A DNA stretch of 59,390 nucleotides, the filler included. It is 4 parts of 4 records of this genome, joined end to end, with 100 filler letters (N's around TTAATTAATTAA, not from the genome) between each part and the next. Parts side by side here need not be neighbours in the genome. Positions count along the whole stretch, not along the records: positions 1 to 26,555 come from SRR20825006_2808; 3 more parts are not named here. One strand, 5' to 3'. Below, piece by piece: positions 1 to 9,117 of the stretch (positions are counted from its first letter, which is position 1; each line of letters opens with the position of its first letter). Position numbers and translations under genes: made by a program. The notes below the pieces were generated by a model. It searched no databases, was not told the origin of the DNA, and saw nothing but the letters and a program-made list of their open reading frames with translations.

Positions 1-96
1 GGACGAAATGCCGTCTCGGGACACCGCTCTCTTCTCGTAACCGCGAGGCAATAAGCCGGGCGGCGCAAAGTCATGCGCGCCAAAAGGAGACGTCAT
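1..96 (-). CDS. 5' end of a CDS running off the window (unknown product)
   Basis: ATG at 96 on the minus strand, GGAG just upstream, open frame to position 1 (MTSPFGAHDFAPPG...), directly downstream of the L,D-transpeptidase. Confidence 0.35.
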   Translation of the reverse strand, partial: MTSPFGAHDFAPPGLLPRGYEKRAVSRDGISS

Positions 97-118
97 GTGG
101 CTCCATGGTCCGATCGGA

Positions 119-808
119 TCAGGCCTTGAGCACGATGACCTTGGTATTGACCGGGGTGCGCTCGTAAAGATCCATCATGTCCTGGGTCAACAGGCCGATA
201 CAGCCGCTCGAAATGCCCTTGCCGATCGTTTCGGCCTGTCTGGTGCTATAGAGCGTATAAAGCGTATAGACGCCGTCCTGGTAGAGATAGAGCGTGCGCG
301 CGCCCAGCGGATTGTCGAGGCCGGGGGCCATGCCGCCGGCATATTGGGCGACTTCGGGTTGCCGCTCGATCATTTCCCTGGGCGGGGTCCAGACCGGCCA
401 TTCGGCCTTGCGGCCAATATAGGCGTCCCCACTCCAGAGAAAGCCGGCCCGCCCCACATTGACACCATAGCGCGTGGCGACATTGTCGCCCTCGATACGA
501 TACACATAATAATTGCGTGGATCGACGATGATGGTGCCCGGTGCCTCGGCGCTGTCATAGCGCACGGTCCGTCGCCAATATTTGGGAGCGACCTTGTTGA
601 GGTTGACCGCCTCGATGGGGAAGCGCTCATCGGGCAAGGGGCCATAGACCTGCTCGGCCTCGGCCATGCTCAGGGACTTGATCGTGGTGCAACCGGCCAG
701 CGCCAGCGTGCCCAGCGCGGCGGCAGAGCCGAGCAGAAAGCCCCTGCGGCCCATCGGCGTTGTGCGCGTTACCGGGCTGTTCGCCGTCAGTTCATCGCCT
801 GCTCGCAT
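119..808 (-). CDS. L,D-transpeptidase (YkuD/ErfK family), Tat-exported lipoprotein
   Basis: Only the C-terminal part of ORF 119..1582 is real. ATG 808 follows a GGGAG RBS. Twin-arginine MGRRGFLLG, lipobox LAGC, motifs PGTIIVD, YGVNVGR, NPLGARTLYL, SSGCIGL. Confidence 0.92.
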   Translation of the reverse strand: MRAGDELTANSPVTRTTPMGRRGFLLGSAAALGTLALAGCTTIKSLSMAEAEQVYGPLPDERFPIEAVNLNKVAPKYWRRTVRYDSAEAPGTIIVDPRNYYVYRIEGDNVATRYGVNVGRAGFLWSGDAYIGRKAEWPVWTPPREMIERQPEVAQYAGGMAPGLDNPLGARTLYLYQDGVYTLYTLYSTRQAETIGKGISSGCIGLLTQDMMDLYERTPVNTKVIVLKA

Positions 809-933
809 GACCCTGCTCCCTTGCTTGCCTTGACCGATCTTGAGCCTTGCCGGGCATGGCTGCAAGCAAAGCCTGAACAAACAAGGCCCCGACGGGGTCG
901 GGGTCTTGGTTATTGATGCAGGTGAGTAACACC

Positions 934-2373
934 CTAGCTCGAGCCGGCGCCATCCTGGCGGACAAAGGCGATGCGCAGCATATTGGTCGCGCCGGGGGTG
1001 CCCAGGGGCACGCCGGCGGTGATGGCGATGCGGTCGCCGGGGCGGGCAAAGCCCTCTTGGTACGCGATGACGCAGGCGCGATCGACCATGTCTTCCAGGC
1101 TCACCGCATCCTCGGTCTGCACGCAATGAATGCCCCAGACCACCGACAGGCGGCGAATGGTGCGCAGATTGGGCGAGAGCGCGATGATGGGCTTGTTGGG
1201 CCGTTCGCGCGCGGCGCGGATACCGGTCGAGCCCGAGGCGGTGTAGGTGACAATGGCAGCCAGATCGAGCGTTTCGGCAACCTGGCGGGTGGCGGCCGAG
1301 ATGGCGTCGGCGGCGGTGGCCTCCGGCTCGGTCTGGGCGGCGCGAATGATGTTGTTGTAGTTGGCGTCGCTTTCCACGGCCACGGCCACCTTGGCCATGG
1401 TGGTGACGGCTTCGACCGGATACTGCCCCGAGGCGCTTTCGGCCGAGAGCATGACCGCGTCGGCGCCTTCGAATACGGCAATGGACACGTCCGAGACCTC
1501 GGCGCGGGTCGGTACCGGCGCGGTGATCATGGATTCGAGCATCTGGGTGGCGACAATCACCGGCTTGCCGAAGCGGCGGCACATGCGGATCATGCGCTTT
1601 TGCAGGCCCGGCACCTGCTCGAGCGGCAGTTCAACACCCAGATCGCCACGGGCGACCATGATGGCGTCGGAGAGTTTGACGATTTCCTCGAGCCGCTCGA
1701 TGGCCTGCGGCTTTTCGATCTTGGCCATCACGCCGGCACGGCCCTGGACGATCTTGCGCACGTCGATGATGTCTTCGGGGCGCTGCACGAAGCTGAGCGC
1801 AACCCAGTCGACCTCGGCCTTGAGCGCTTCGAGCAGGTCCGCATGGTCCTTCTCGGTCAGCGCGCCGGTGGGCAGCAGCGTGTCGGGCAGGGACACGCCC
1901 TTCTTGTCCGAGAGCTTGCCGCCATAAATGACTTCGGTCTCGATGGCGCCATTGCCGACCTTGGTGGCCTTCAGTTGCAGCTTGCCATCATCGAGCAGCA
2001 GGCGGTCACCCACCGACACGCTCTCGATGATTTCGGGGTGGGGCAGGTAAACGCGCTGGGCATTGCCCTGGTCGTTTTCCTCGCTGTCGAGGGTAAAGCT
2101 CTGCCCGGCGACCAGATTGACCGACCCTTCGGCGAACTTCCACACGCGCAGCTTGGGGCCCTGCAGATCGGCCAGGATGCCGATGGGGTGGTTGAGGCGC
2201 GCTTCGACCGCGCGGATGCGCTTGACGGTCTGGTGCAGCACTTCGTGGCTGGCATGGCTCATATTGATGCGGAAGACGTCGGCCCCGGCCTTGGCCAGTT
2301 CCTCGATCATGGTCTCCTCGTGGCTGGCAGGCCCGAGGGTGGCAAGGATCTTTGCGCGTCTGATCCGTCTCAT
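934..2373 (-). CDS. pyk: Pyruvate kinase
   Basis: KILATLGPAS, FRINMSH, DLQGPKLR, AKIEK, IMVARGDLGVE, ATQMLESM, MLSAESASG motifs; 479 aa. Confidence 0.98.
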   Translation of the reverse strand: MRRIRRAKILATLGPASHEETMIEELAKAGADVFRINMSHASHEVLHQTVKRIRAVEARLNHPIGILADLQGPKLRVWKFAEGSVNLVAGQSFTLDSEENDQGNAQRVYLPHPEIIESVSVGDRLLLDDGKLQLKATKVGNGAIETEVIYGGKLSDKKGVSLPDTLLPTGALTEKDHADLLEALKAEVDWVALSFVQRPEDIIDVRKIVQGRAGVMAKIEKPQAIERLEEIVKLSDAIMVARGDLGVELPLEQVPGLQKRMIRMCRRFGKPVIVATQMLESMITAPVPTRAEVSDVSIAVFEGADAVMLSAESASGQYPVEAVTTMAKVAVAVESDANYNNIIRAAQTEPEATAADAISAATRQVAETLDLAAIVTYTASGSTGIRAARERPNKPIIALSPNLRTIRRLSVVWGIHCVQTEDAVSLEDMVDRACVIAYQEGFARPGDRIAITAGVPLGTPGATNMLRIAFVRQDGAGSS

Positions 2374-2900
2374 TGCGTGTCCGTATTGTCTGGCGTTAGG
2401 GGCTCGTCGGGGTCGACAAGGAAGGCCGGGTCTTCAAGATCTTCGCCCAGGTCCGGGCCGACAATGCTTGGCGCGCCGGCGCTCTCGGTGAGCTGTAGCG
2501 TCCAGTCGGTACGGTTCTGTGTATCGATTTCAAAGAACCCGGTGCGCTCATAGCCCCGGGCGAGGCAATCCTCAACCCCGAATATTGTGAAGGTTTCGTC
2601 ACGAGTGCACATGAAGACCTGTCCATCCCAGGATCCGCCGCCGATATCGTCCACTGCGTAGAGGTAGTAGAAACGGCGGGCGAGATCGCCCTGGAAGATT
2701 GTGCGGCAGTCGCCCGGAGGGGCCTGCCACCAGCCTTCGCTCATCCAGCCGCGCTCGGCGCGATAGCCCAGGGCGACCGAAACCAGATTGGCGGTTTCAT
2801 TGCAGATGCGCAGCTCGGCCTGTGCGGGCGTGGCCATGGCCATCAGGCCACCAAGGGTGGCAAGCAACAGGGTCGAGCCAAGACGGATGGGGTTCACCAT
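2370..2900 (-). CDS. DUF1036 family secreted protein
   Basis: Signal peptide, then LRICNET..VALGY..GWMSEGWW..DC..YYLYA..DCLARGYERTGFFEIDT; 4-nt overlap with pyk; start taken at ATG 2900. Confidence 0.85.
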   Translation of the reverse strand: MVNPIRLGSTLLLATLGGLMAMATPAQAELRICNETANLVSVALGYRAERGWMSEGWWQAPPGDCRTIFQGDLARRFYYLYAVDDIGGGSWDGQVFMCTRDETFTIFGVEDCLARGYERTGFFEIDTQNRTDWTLQLTESAGAPSIVGPDLGEDLEDPAFLVDPDEPLTPDNTDTQ

Positions 2901-3166
2901 TGCGCTGGAAATCACCGGAAAACGTGCCCTTCTTTGATCTTATGGCAGAGACGAGGTCAATGGCTAATGGGGCGATTTGACGGAAATGCGGGCATGCATG
3001 CCGCACTGGTCATAAAAGCGGCGTGAGCCACCCAACAATCGCCGGCAAGCCCGGGCAGGGTGTGGATTGCCCCATAAAAGGGTTGAACCAATGCGGGGCA
3101 TGAGGTTGATGGGGACCGGACAATTCCGGTTTATCCCCGCATCCGCTTATCCGTGCGAAGATGCCG

Positions 3167-3245
3167 TGGAGCGCCGGAGTATTTTTTTGTTTTACCGCGC
3201 TTCCGAACCAAAAAGTGGCGACCGCTTTTTGGGGGAAACGCTCCA
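3167..3245. repeat. Short palindromic interspersed element (Bru-RS/RIME-like miniature repeat)
   Basis: 7-bp terminal inverted repeats TGGAGCG...CGCTCCA and an internal hairpin CCAAAAAGTGG-CGA-CCGCTTTTTGG (3208-3232); resembles the Hyphomicrobiales repeat TAGAGCGTTTCC..AAAAGTGG..CCACTTTT..TTCGGAAACGCG..AAAACAAA as I recall it. Confidence 0.6.
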
Positions 3246-3258
3246 GAAGAGGTTGGCC

Positions 3259-3522
3259 ATGGCCGTTGAAGATAGCGTCGCGCAGGATCAGTTGCGCGCT
3301 TTCATCGAGCGCATCGAGCGTATGGAAGAAGAAAAGGCGGCGATCGCTGCCGATATCAAGGAAATCTATGCCGAAGCCAAGGGCAATGGCTTCGATACCA
3401 AAATCCTGCGCAAGATCGTCACCATCCGCAAGCAGGATGCCAATGAGCGCATGGAGCAGGAAGCGCTGCTCGAGCTCTATATGTCCGCCCTGGGCATGGT
3501 CGAAGCGCCGCCCGAGCGGTAA
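3259..3522 (+). CDS. gapR: DUF2312 / GapR nucleoid-associated protein
   Basis: [58 protein letters not shown] before ATG 3259. Confidence 0.92.
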   Translation: MAVEDSVAQDQLRAFIERIERMEEEKAAIAADIKEIYAEAKGNGFDTKILRKIVTIRKQDANERMEQEALLELYMSALGMVEAPPER

Positions 3523-3529
3523 TCGGCGA

Positions 3530-3757
3530 TCAGGCGAGTATGTCGAGCAGGGCTTTGGACATGTCGCTGGCCACGCTGACAACCTTTGCCGAGGCCTTGA
3601 AGTCGGCCTCGGCCCCGATGACGTTGACCATTTCGCTCGAGAGGTCGACGTTGTTGCCTTCGGTGCCTGACCGGGCGATGCGCGCGGCGCTCTGTTCGAG
3701 CTGACCACTGGCGCGCTGCATGCCGTAGGCGCCGATTGAAATGCTGGAAATGGTCAT
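3530..3757 (-). CDS. Small flagellar basal-body rod N/C-terminal-domain protein
   Basis: 75 aa; N-terminal helix (IGAYGMQRAS..AARIA) and C-terminal NVDLSSEMVN..FKASAKVV..DM..LLDI typical of Flg_bbr_C; GAGGG RBS. Confidence 0.75.
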   Translation of the reverse strand: MTISSISIGAYGMQRASGQLEQSAARIARSGTEGNNVDLSSEMVNVIGAEADFKASAKVVSVASDMSKALLDILA

Positions 3758-3841
3758 GGACCGCCCTCTCGTCTTGGGGGACAGAAAGCCGACAAAACTC
3801 TCAATAATCAGTTAGCCGGACCGGTCCAACTCGCCTCAAGC

Positions 3842-4552
3842 TCAAGCGGCCTGGGCGGCTTCGTCGCCAAGAGCAAAGCGGATCGCGGCGTCGGCATGGA
3901 TGGTGGTCGAGTCAAAGCCGGGCAGGGGCAGGGTGTCCGGATCGATCAGCAGGCCGATCTCGGTGCAGCCGAGGATGACGGAGTCTGCGCCTTCTGCCTT
4001 GGCGCGTCCAATGATGTCGAGATAGGCCAAGCGGGCCGCCTCGTGCACCTGCCCCTGGCAGAGTTCGTTGAAGATGATGTCGTGTATGATTTTGCGGTCT
4101 TCTGCTGCTGGCACCATCACCTCAAGGCCGTGGACCTTCATCCGGTCGGTGTAAAAGCCATGTTCCATGGTGTAGCGGGTGGCGAGCAGCAGCGGGCGCT
4201 TGTGGCGGTGCGCCTGCAAGGTCGAGGCCGTTTCGGTGATGATGTCGATCAGCGGGACCCCCGACATCGCCGCGACCGGTTCGGCCACCAGATGCATGGT
4301 GTTGGTGCAGATCAGCACGCAGTCCGCACCGGCACGCGCCAGGCCCGCCCCGGCCTTTCCCAACAGGGCGCCGGCCATGTCCCAGCGTCCGGCCTGTTGC
4401 AGGGCGACGACTTCGGTAAAATCGAGCGAGCGCATGGCGATGTCGGCTGAGGCCAGGCCGCCGCGCAGGCGCCGCACCTCTTGGTTGAGGTGGCGATAGT
4501 AGACGGCAGTCGATTCCCAGCTCATGCCGCCGATCAGACCGATGGTTTTCAT
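3842..4552 (-). CDS. Aspartate/glutamate racemase family protein (YgeA/RacX-like, PLP-independent)
   Basis: MKTIGLIGGMSWEST, CTNTMH and LGCTEI two-cysteine motifs; GGAGG RBS. Confidence 0.95.
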   Translation of the reverse strand: MKTIGLIGGMSWESTAVYYRHLNQEVRRLRGGLASADIAMRSLDFTEVVALQQAGRWDMAGALLGKAGAGLARAGADCVLICTNTMHLVAEPVAAMSGVPLIDIITETASTLQAHRHKRPLLLATRYTMEHGFYTDRMKVHGLEVMVPAAEDRKIIHDIIFNELCQGQVHEAARLAYLDIIGRAKAEGADSVILGCTEIGLLIDPDTLPLPGFDSTTIHADAAIRFALGDEAAQAA

Positions 4553-4698
4553 GTCCGCGTCCTCCAGGTCCCGCAAATGATGCCGCGTTTCCAGAGCATG
4601 CGGCGCGCGGAGTTCGGCCGCCTAGTTAGTGGTGGCGCGTCGAAATTGCGGAAAATATGGAATGTGCGCTACCATTCTGCAGAGATGGAGCAAGTTAT

Positions 4699-5160
4699 AT
4701 GCTGGATGAGCGCGATCGGAAGATATTGAGCTTGTTGCAGGCGGATGCCGAGCAGCCTATCAACGACATCGCGGCGTTAGTGGCCCTGTCGCCTTCGGCT
4801 TGCTCCCGCCGGATCGCCCGGCTCAAGGAGGAAGGATTTATCGCGCGCACCACGGCGGTGCTGGACCGGCGCAAAATGGGTTTGCCGACGACCGTCTTCG
4901 TCATCGTACGCACCGGCTCGCATGCCGCAGATTGGTTGGAAAAGTTTCATTCGGCCGTTTCAGCGGTCCCCGAAATCGTCGAGGTGCACCGGTTGACCGG
5001 CAATTTCGACTATATTCTCAAGATCGTGCTGCCCGATGTGGAACATTATGACGTGGTTTACAGGCAGCTCGTTTCGCGCATCGAGCTTTTCGACATGTCG
5101 GCCTATATCTCAATGGAAACGGTCAAGGCCGCCCAGGGCCTGCCGACGAATTATGCGTGA
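4699..5160 (+). CDS. Lrp/AsnC family transcriptional regulator
   Basis: [16 protein letters not shown] ([20 protein letters not shown]), C-terminal [13 protein letters not shown]; divergent from the racemase. Confidence 0.95.
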   Translation: MLDERDRKILSLLQADAEQPINDIAALVALSPSACSRRIARLKEEGFIARTTAVLDRRKMGLPTTVFVIVRTGSHAADWLEKFHSAVSAVPEIVEVHRLTGNFDYILKIVLPDVEHYDVVYRQLVSRIELFDMSAYISMETVKAAQGLPTNYA

Positions 5161-5192
5161 GGCTGAAGGTGTCCGTCGGGTGGATGGGCGCG

Positions 5193-7121
5193 CTAGACCT
5201 TCGCCAGGGCCGCTTTCATGGCTGCCTGATCGTAACCGAGCGTGGTGAGTGCGCTAGCCACGATACCGGCGCGATCAAGGCCTGCGGCGGCATACATGTC
5301 GGCCTGGGACGCGTGCTCGACAAAGGTGTCGGGGATCATCAGCGGACGGAAACGCAGCTTGCCGTCGAGCAAGCCGTTGCTGGCAAGGAAAGTCGCGACA
5401 TGGCTGCCAAAGCCGCCCAGTCCGCCTTCTTCGGTCGAAATCAACACGTCGTGGCTTTGTGCCAGTGATGCGATGAGCTCTTCATCGAGAGGCTTGAGAA
5501 AGCGCGCATCGGCGACAGTGGGGTTGAGCCCGAGTGCGGCCAGCTTGTCGGCGGCGGCGAGCACTTCGCCCAATCGCGTGCCATAGGACAAAAGCGCGAT
5601 CGTGCTGCCCTGGCGCACAATGCGGCCCTTGCCGATCGGCAGGACTTGGCCGCGCTCCGGCATGTCGACGCCCATGCCCTCGCCACGGGGATAGCGGAAG
5701 GTGATCGGGCCGCTGTCATAAGCGGTGGCGGTTGCCACCATATGGCGCAATTCGGCCTCGTCGGCGGCGGCCATGTGCACCATGCCGGGTATGGCCCCGA
5801 GATAGGCATTGTCGTAATTGCCGGCATGGGTCGGGCCGTCGGCGCCGACATAGCCGGCCCGGTCGATGGCAAAGCGCACGGGCAGGCCCTGGATGGCGAC
5901 GTCGTGGATCACCTGGTCATAGGCGCGCTGCAGGAAGGTCGAATAGATGGCGCAGAAGGGCTTCATGCCTTCGCTCGCCATGCCCGCCGCGAAGGTCACA
6001 GCATGCTGTTCGGCGATGCCCACATCGTAGATGCGGCCGGGAAAGATTTCGGCGAATTTGTCCAGGCCCGTGCCCGTGGGCATGGCGGCCGTGACGGCCA
6101 CGACACGCGGATCGTCCTGGGCTTCCTGGATCAGCGAGGAGGCAAACACCGAGGTATAGGACGGCGCATTGGACGGCGCCTTGGCCTGTGCGCCGGTGAT
6201 GACGTTGAACTTGGAGACGCCATGATATTTGTCGGCTGAGTTTTCGGCCGGGGCGTATCCCTTGCCCTTCTTGGTCACGGCATGGATCAGGATCGGACCT
6301 TGGCCAAATTCCTTGACGTTGTCGAGAATGGCCAGCAAGTCCTCAAGATTGTGCCCGTCAATGGGACCGACATAGTAGAAGCCCAGTTCCTCGAACAGCG
6401 TGCCGCCGGTGAAGAAGGAGCGGGCAAATTCCTCCGTACGGCGTGCCGGCTCGTGCAGGAAAGGCGGGAGTTTCGAGACCACGGCCTTCGCCGCCTCGCG
6501 GGTGCCGCGATAGACCGGGCCGGAGACCAGCCGCGCCAGATAGGTCCGCAGTGCCCCGGTGGGCGGGGCAATGGACATGTCATTGTCGTTGAGTATGACG
6601 ATCAGCCGCGCATCCATTGCGCCGGCATTGTTCATCGCCTCATAGGCCATGCCGGCCGACATGGCGCCATCGCCGATGACGGCAATGACATTGCGCGGCT
6701 TTTCGAGATGCTTGCTGGCTTCGGCCATCCCCAGGCCGGCCGAGATCGATGTCGAGGAATGCCCGGCGCCAAATGCATCATATTCGCTTTCGGCGCGGCG
6801 GGTGAAGCCGGAGAGCCCCCCCTTCTGCCGAAGGGTCCGCATGCGGTCGCGGCGGCCTGTCAGGATCTTGTGCGGATAGGCCTGGTGGCCGACATCCCAG
6901 ATGATGCGATCATGCGGGGTGTCAAACACGGCGTGCAGCGCTACGGTCAGCTCGACCACGCCCAGGCCTGCGCCCAGGTGGCCGCCAGTGACCGAGACAG
7001 CGTCGATCATTTCGGCCCGCAATTCGTCGGCAAGCCGGCGCAAGTCCTCGCGCGGCATGTCGCGCAGGTCGGCTGGCGTCCGAACAGTGTCGAGCAGCGG
7101 CGTGTCGGGCTTGTTGGCCAA
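5193..7121 (-). CDS. dxs: 1-deoxy-D-xylulose-5-phosphate synthase
   Basis: [73 protein letters not shown]; probable TTG start at 7121. Confidence 0.98.
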   Translation of the reverse strand: MANKPDTPLLDTVRTPADLRDMPREDLRRLADELRAEMIDAVSVTGGHLGAGLGVVELTVALHAVFDTPHDRIIWDVGHQAYPHKILTGRRDRMRTLRQKGGLSGFTRRAESEYDAFGAGHSSTSISAGLGMAEASKHLEKPRNVIAVIGDGAMSAGMAYEAMNNAGAMDARLIVILNDNDMSIAPPTGALRTYLARLVSGPVYRGTREAAKAVVSKLPPFLHEPARRTEEFARSFFTGGTLFEELGFYYVGPIDGHNLEDLLAILDNVKEFGQGPILIHAVTKKGKGYAPAENSADKYHGVSKFNVITGAQAKAPSNAPSYTSVFASSLIQEAQDDPRVVAVTAAMPTGTGLDKFAEIFPGRIYDVGIAEQHAVTFAAGMASEGMKPFCAIYSTFLQRAYDQVIHDVAIQGLPVRFAIDRAGYVGADGPTHAGNYDNAYLGAIPGMVHMAAADEAELRHMVATATAYDSGPITFRYPRGEGMGVDMPERGQVLPIGKGRIVRQGSTIALLSYGTRLGEVLAAADKLAALGLNPTVADARFLKPLDEELIASLAQSHDVLISTEEGGLGGFGSHVATFLASNGLLDGKLRFRPLMIPDTFVEHASQADMYAAAGLDRAGIVASALTTLGYDQAAMKAALAKV

Positions 7122-7268
7122 GCGTATCCCCGTCAAATATCTGGTTTGTCCCTGTTTAGGCGCAGGGTCATGCCTTTGCAATGCCAGCCATGGCAATGAG
7201 GCGATGGGTCTCCACTTGTGGGAGAGCATTCAGGCATTTGCGGGGCAGAGAAGCGCGCTCAGACGCGG

Positions 7269-8918
7269 TCAGTTGCTGGCCAGCACCAGGGGTGCAGTGC
7301 GCGTGAAGCGGTCATGGACCGGCGCGGGAGTACTATCACCGACGCCCTTGATCAGGACATGGCGGCCCATTTCCGGGGTCGGGTCGAAATCGGCCTCATC
7401 GTGATCGAAGATCACCGCATAGCGGCCCGAGGACATGGCTGCCGGATCAATAAGGATGTCAGCGACATGTTCAAGGTCGGGGGCCACCAGAGCGGGGCGG
7501 CGCATGGCGTCGGGATCGGGGCGAGCGGCGACATGTTGCACCAGGGCTTCGGCCAGCGGCGAGGGTGCATCGGCATCGGTCGCGCCGAATGTGCCGCCGA
7601 ACAGGTCGGACAGATTGCCGCCGAGCGAGGCGGTCTGGATGGTGGCAGCCGGCCGCAAGGGCGGGAGAATTGGCAAACGATCCCTCGGGGCGGGCGCCGC
7701 GGCCACAGTGCTGGCCGTGGTGTTGCCTTCGATGATCATTTCCAGCGCGCGCTGCGCGTCGGGATCGGCTGCCGGGGTGGCGGCCGCGTAAGCAGAAAGG
7801 ATATCGACCGGCGGGTCGGACATGATCACGCGCGGCGTGGGCATTGTCGGCTCGGTCAGGGCGGCCAGAGCCAAGACGGCGTCATTGTTCCGCAAATCAT
7901 CGGGCATGGCCACCGGCATGGCCACCGCGACCTGCGAGGCAAGATTTATTTCGTCGTCGGTCAGCGGGGCGCTGCCGCTGGTCGAAAAGGGCAGGGCGGT
8001 GTCGGACACTGAGGCTACTGCAAGGTCCGCTCCGTCCAGATCGGCCGGGCGGCGCTCGGGCATGACGGGAGCAACTGGGGTCGTGCGCTGCGGGGCCAGG
8101 GATGCGGCCTGCACCTGTGGCGCAGAAGTTGATGCCTGCTCATTCTCGCCAAACAGCAGGTCCATCAGGGTGCGGCCGCTGCCTTCGGATGCACTTGCGA
8201 CTTGTGTGCCCGAGCTTGTGCCATTGCAGGGATAGGCGTGGCAGCGCTTCCATTCGGCCAGAGCGACATTGTAGCCCTGCTGGGACAGCACCTTGCCATC
8301 GGTAGGCAGGTGCATGGTCTTGCCGTCGGGGAACAGGTCCTTGAGCTGGGCGCGGGTCATGCGCGGCCAGGCGCGCACTGAACCGGTGTCCAGATGCACA
8401 AAGGGGCTGCCCGAGGTGGGATAATAGCCCACGCCACCGACCTGTTTCTTCATGGCGGCGGCGCGCAGCTTGGCGAGCGGCACGCCGGGAATGAAGAAAT
8501 CCATGGCGGTGCCGCGCATGTGCTGGGAATTATCGGCCACACCGGATGATTTTGACGCCAGCATGGCGTTGGTGGCCGGCGAGCGATAGGCCGAAACGAT
8601 GTTGACCGGCTGCGTGCCGCCCACGTCCTGATAGACTTCCCAGATCAGGTCGAACAGGCGCGGATCCATCTTGGTGGGTTCATTACGCCGCCAGTCCCGC
8701 AGGAACTGGTTGAGCTCATTCAGGCCCGATTGGACATATTGCCCATTGCGCTTGAAAACGATGCGGGCGGTTTCCTTGGTGTGGGTATAATGGAGGTAGA
8801 GGGCACGCTCTGTCGCTGCCTGGGCCGGCGCCGCAGGCAGCAAGGCGGAAACGCACAACACTGCAGCGGCAAGACCCCGCGCAGCACTTCGCCAATTGAT
8901 CAACCCCAATACCGTCAC
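7269..8918 (-). CDS. DUF882 / YcbK(MepK)-like peptidase M15 protein with long C-terminal extension
   Basis: LRDWRRNE..MDPRLFD, SAYRSPATN, SQHM.G.AMD, GGVGYYP.SG..FVHLDTG.VR.W; then a long Ala/Pro/Asp-rich tail. Confidence 0.9.
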   Translation of the reverse strand: MTVLGLINWRSAARGLAAAVLCVSALLPAAPAQAATERALYLHYTHTKETARIVFKRNGQYVQSGLNELNQFLRDWRRNEPTKMDPRLFDLIWEVYQDVGGTQPVNIVSAYRSPATNAMLASKSSGVADNSQHMRGTAMDFFIPGVPLAKLRAAAMKKQVGGVGYYPTSGSPFVHLDTGSVRAWPRMTRAQLKDLFPDGKTMHLPTDGKVLSQQGYNVALAEWKRCHAYPCNGTSSGTQVASASEGSGRTLMDLLFGENEQASTSAPQVQAASLAPQRTTPVAPVMPERRPADLDGADLAVASVSDTALPFSTSGSAPLTDDEINLASQVAVAMPVAMPDDLRNNDAVLALAALTEPTMPTPRVIMSDPPVDILSAYAAATPAADPDAQRALEMIIEGNTTASTVAAAPAPRDRLPILPPLRPAATIQTASLGGNLSDLFGGTFGATDADAPSPLAEALVQHVAARPDPDAMRRPALVAPDLEHVADILIDPAAMSSGRYAVIFDHDEADFDPTPEMGRHVLIKGVGDSTPAPVHDRFTRTAPLVLASN

Positions 8919-9117
8919 GCCAAACTCTGCCCGGCTTTTTCGTCAGATGATGGTGAGACGTTAGCGCCCAATTCGCACGAATTGATTAACGCTAACCCGT
9001 TGTGAACTGACCCTAGATCCCCTCACGCTTCTGTTATTAAGGGCAAAAGCTGGCACAACCAAGGCGAAATTGTTACCCGGGCGTTAACCGATGCCGATGT
9101 GATCGGGGCTTTTGCCC

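Noticed and set aside
809-1582. Apparent N-terminal extension of the L,D-transpeptidase ORF (487 aa)
   Set aside because: Overlaps pyk in another frame and is Arg/His-rich nonsense; a good RBS, ATG and Tat signal exist at 808
913-2553. Long antisense ORFs (also 22956..25277, 26704..28260, 29447..31810, 32301..34169, 44122..45900, 47681..50179, 52202..53497)
   Set aside because: They mirror well-supported genes on the opposite strand, have no motifs, and are the expected shadow ORFs of high-GC codon usage
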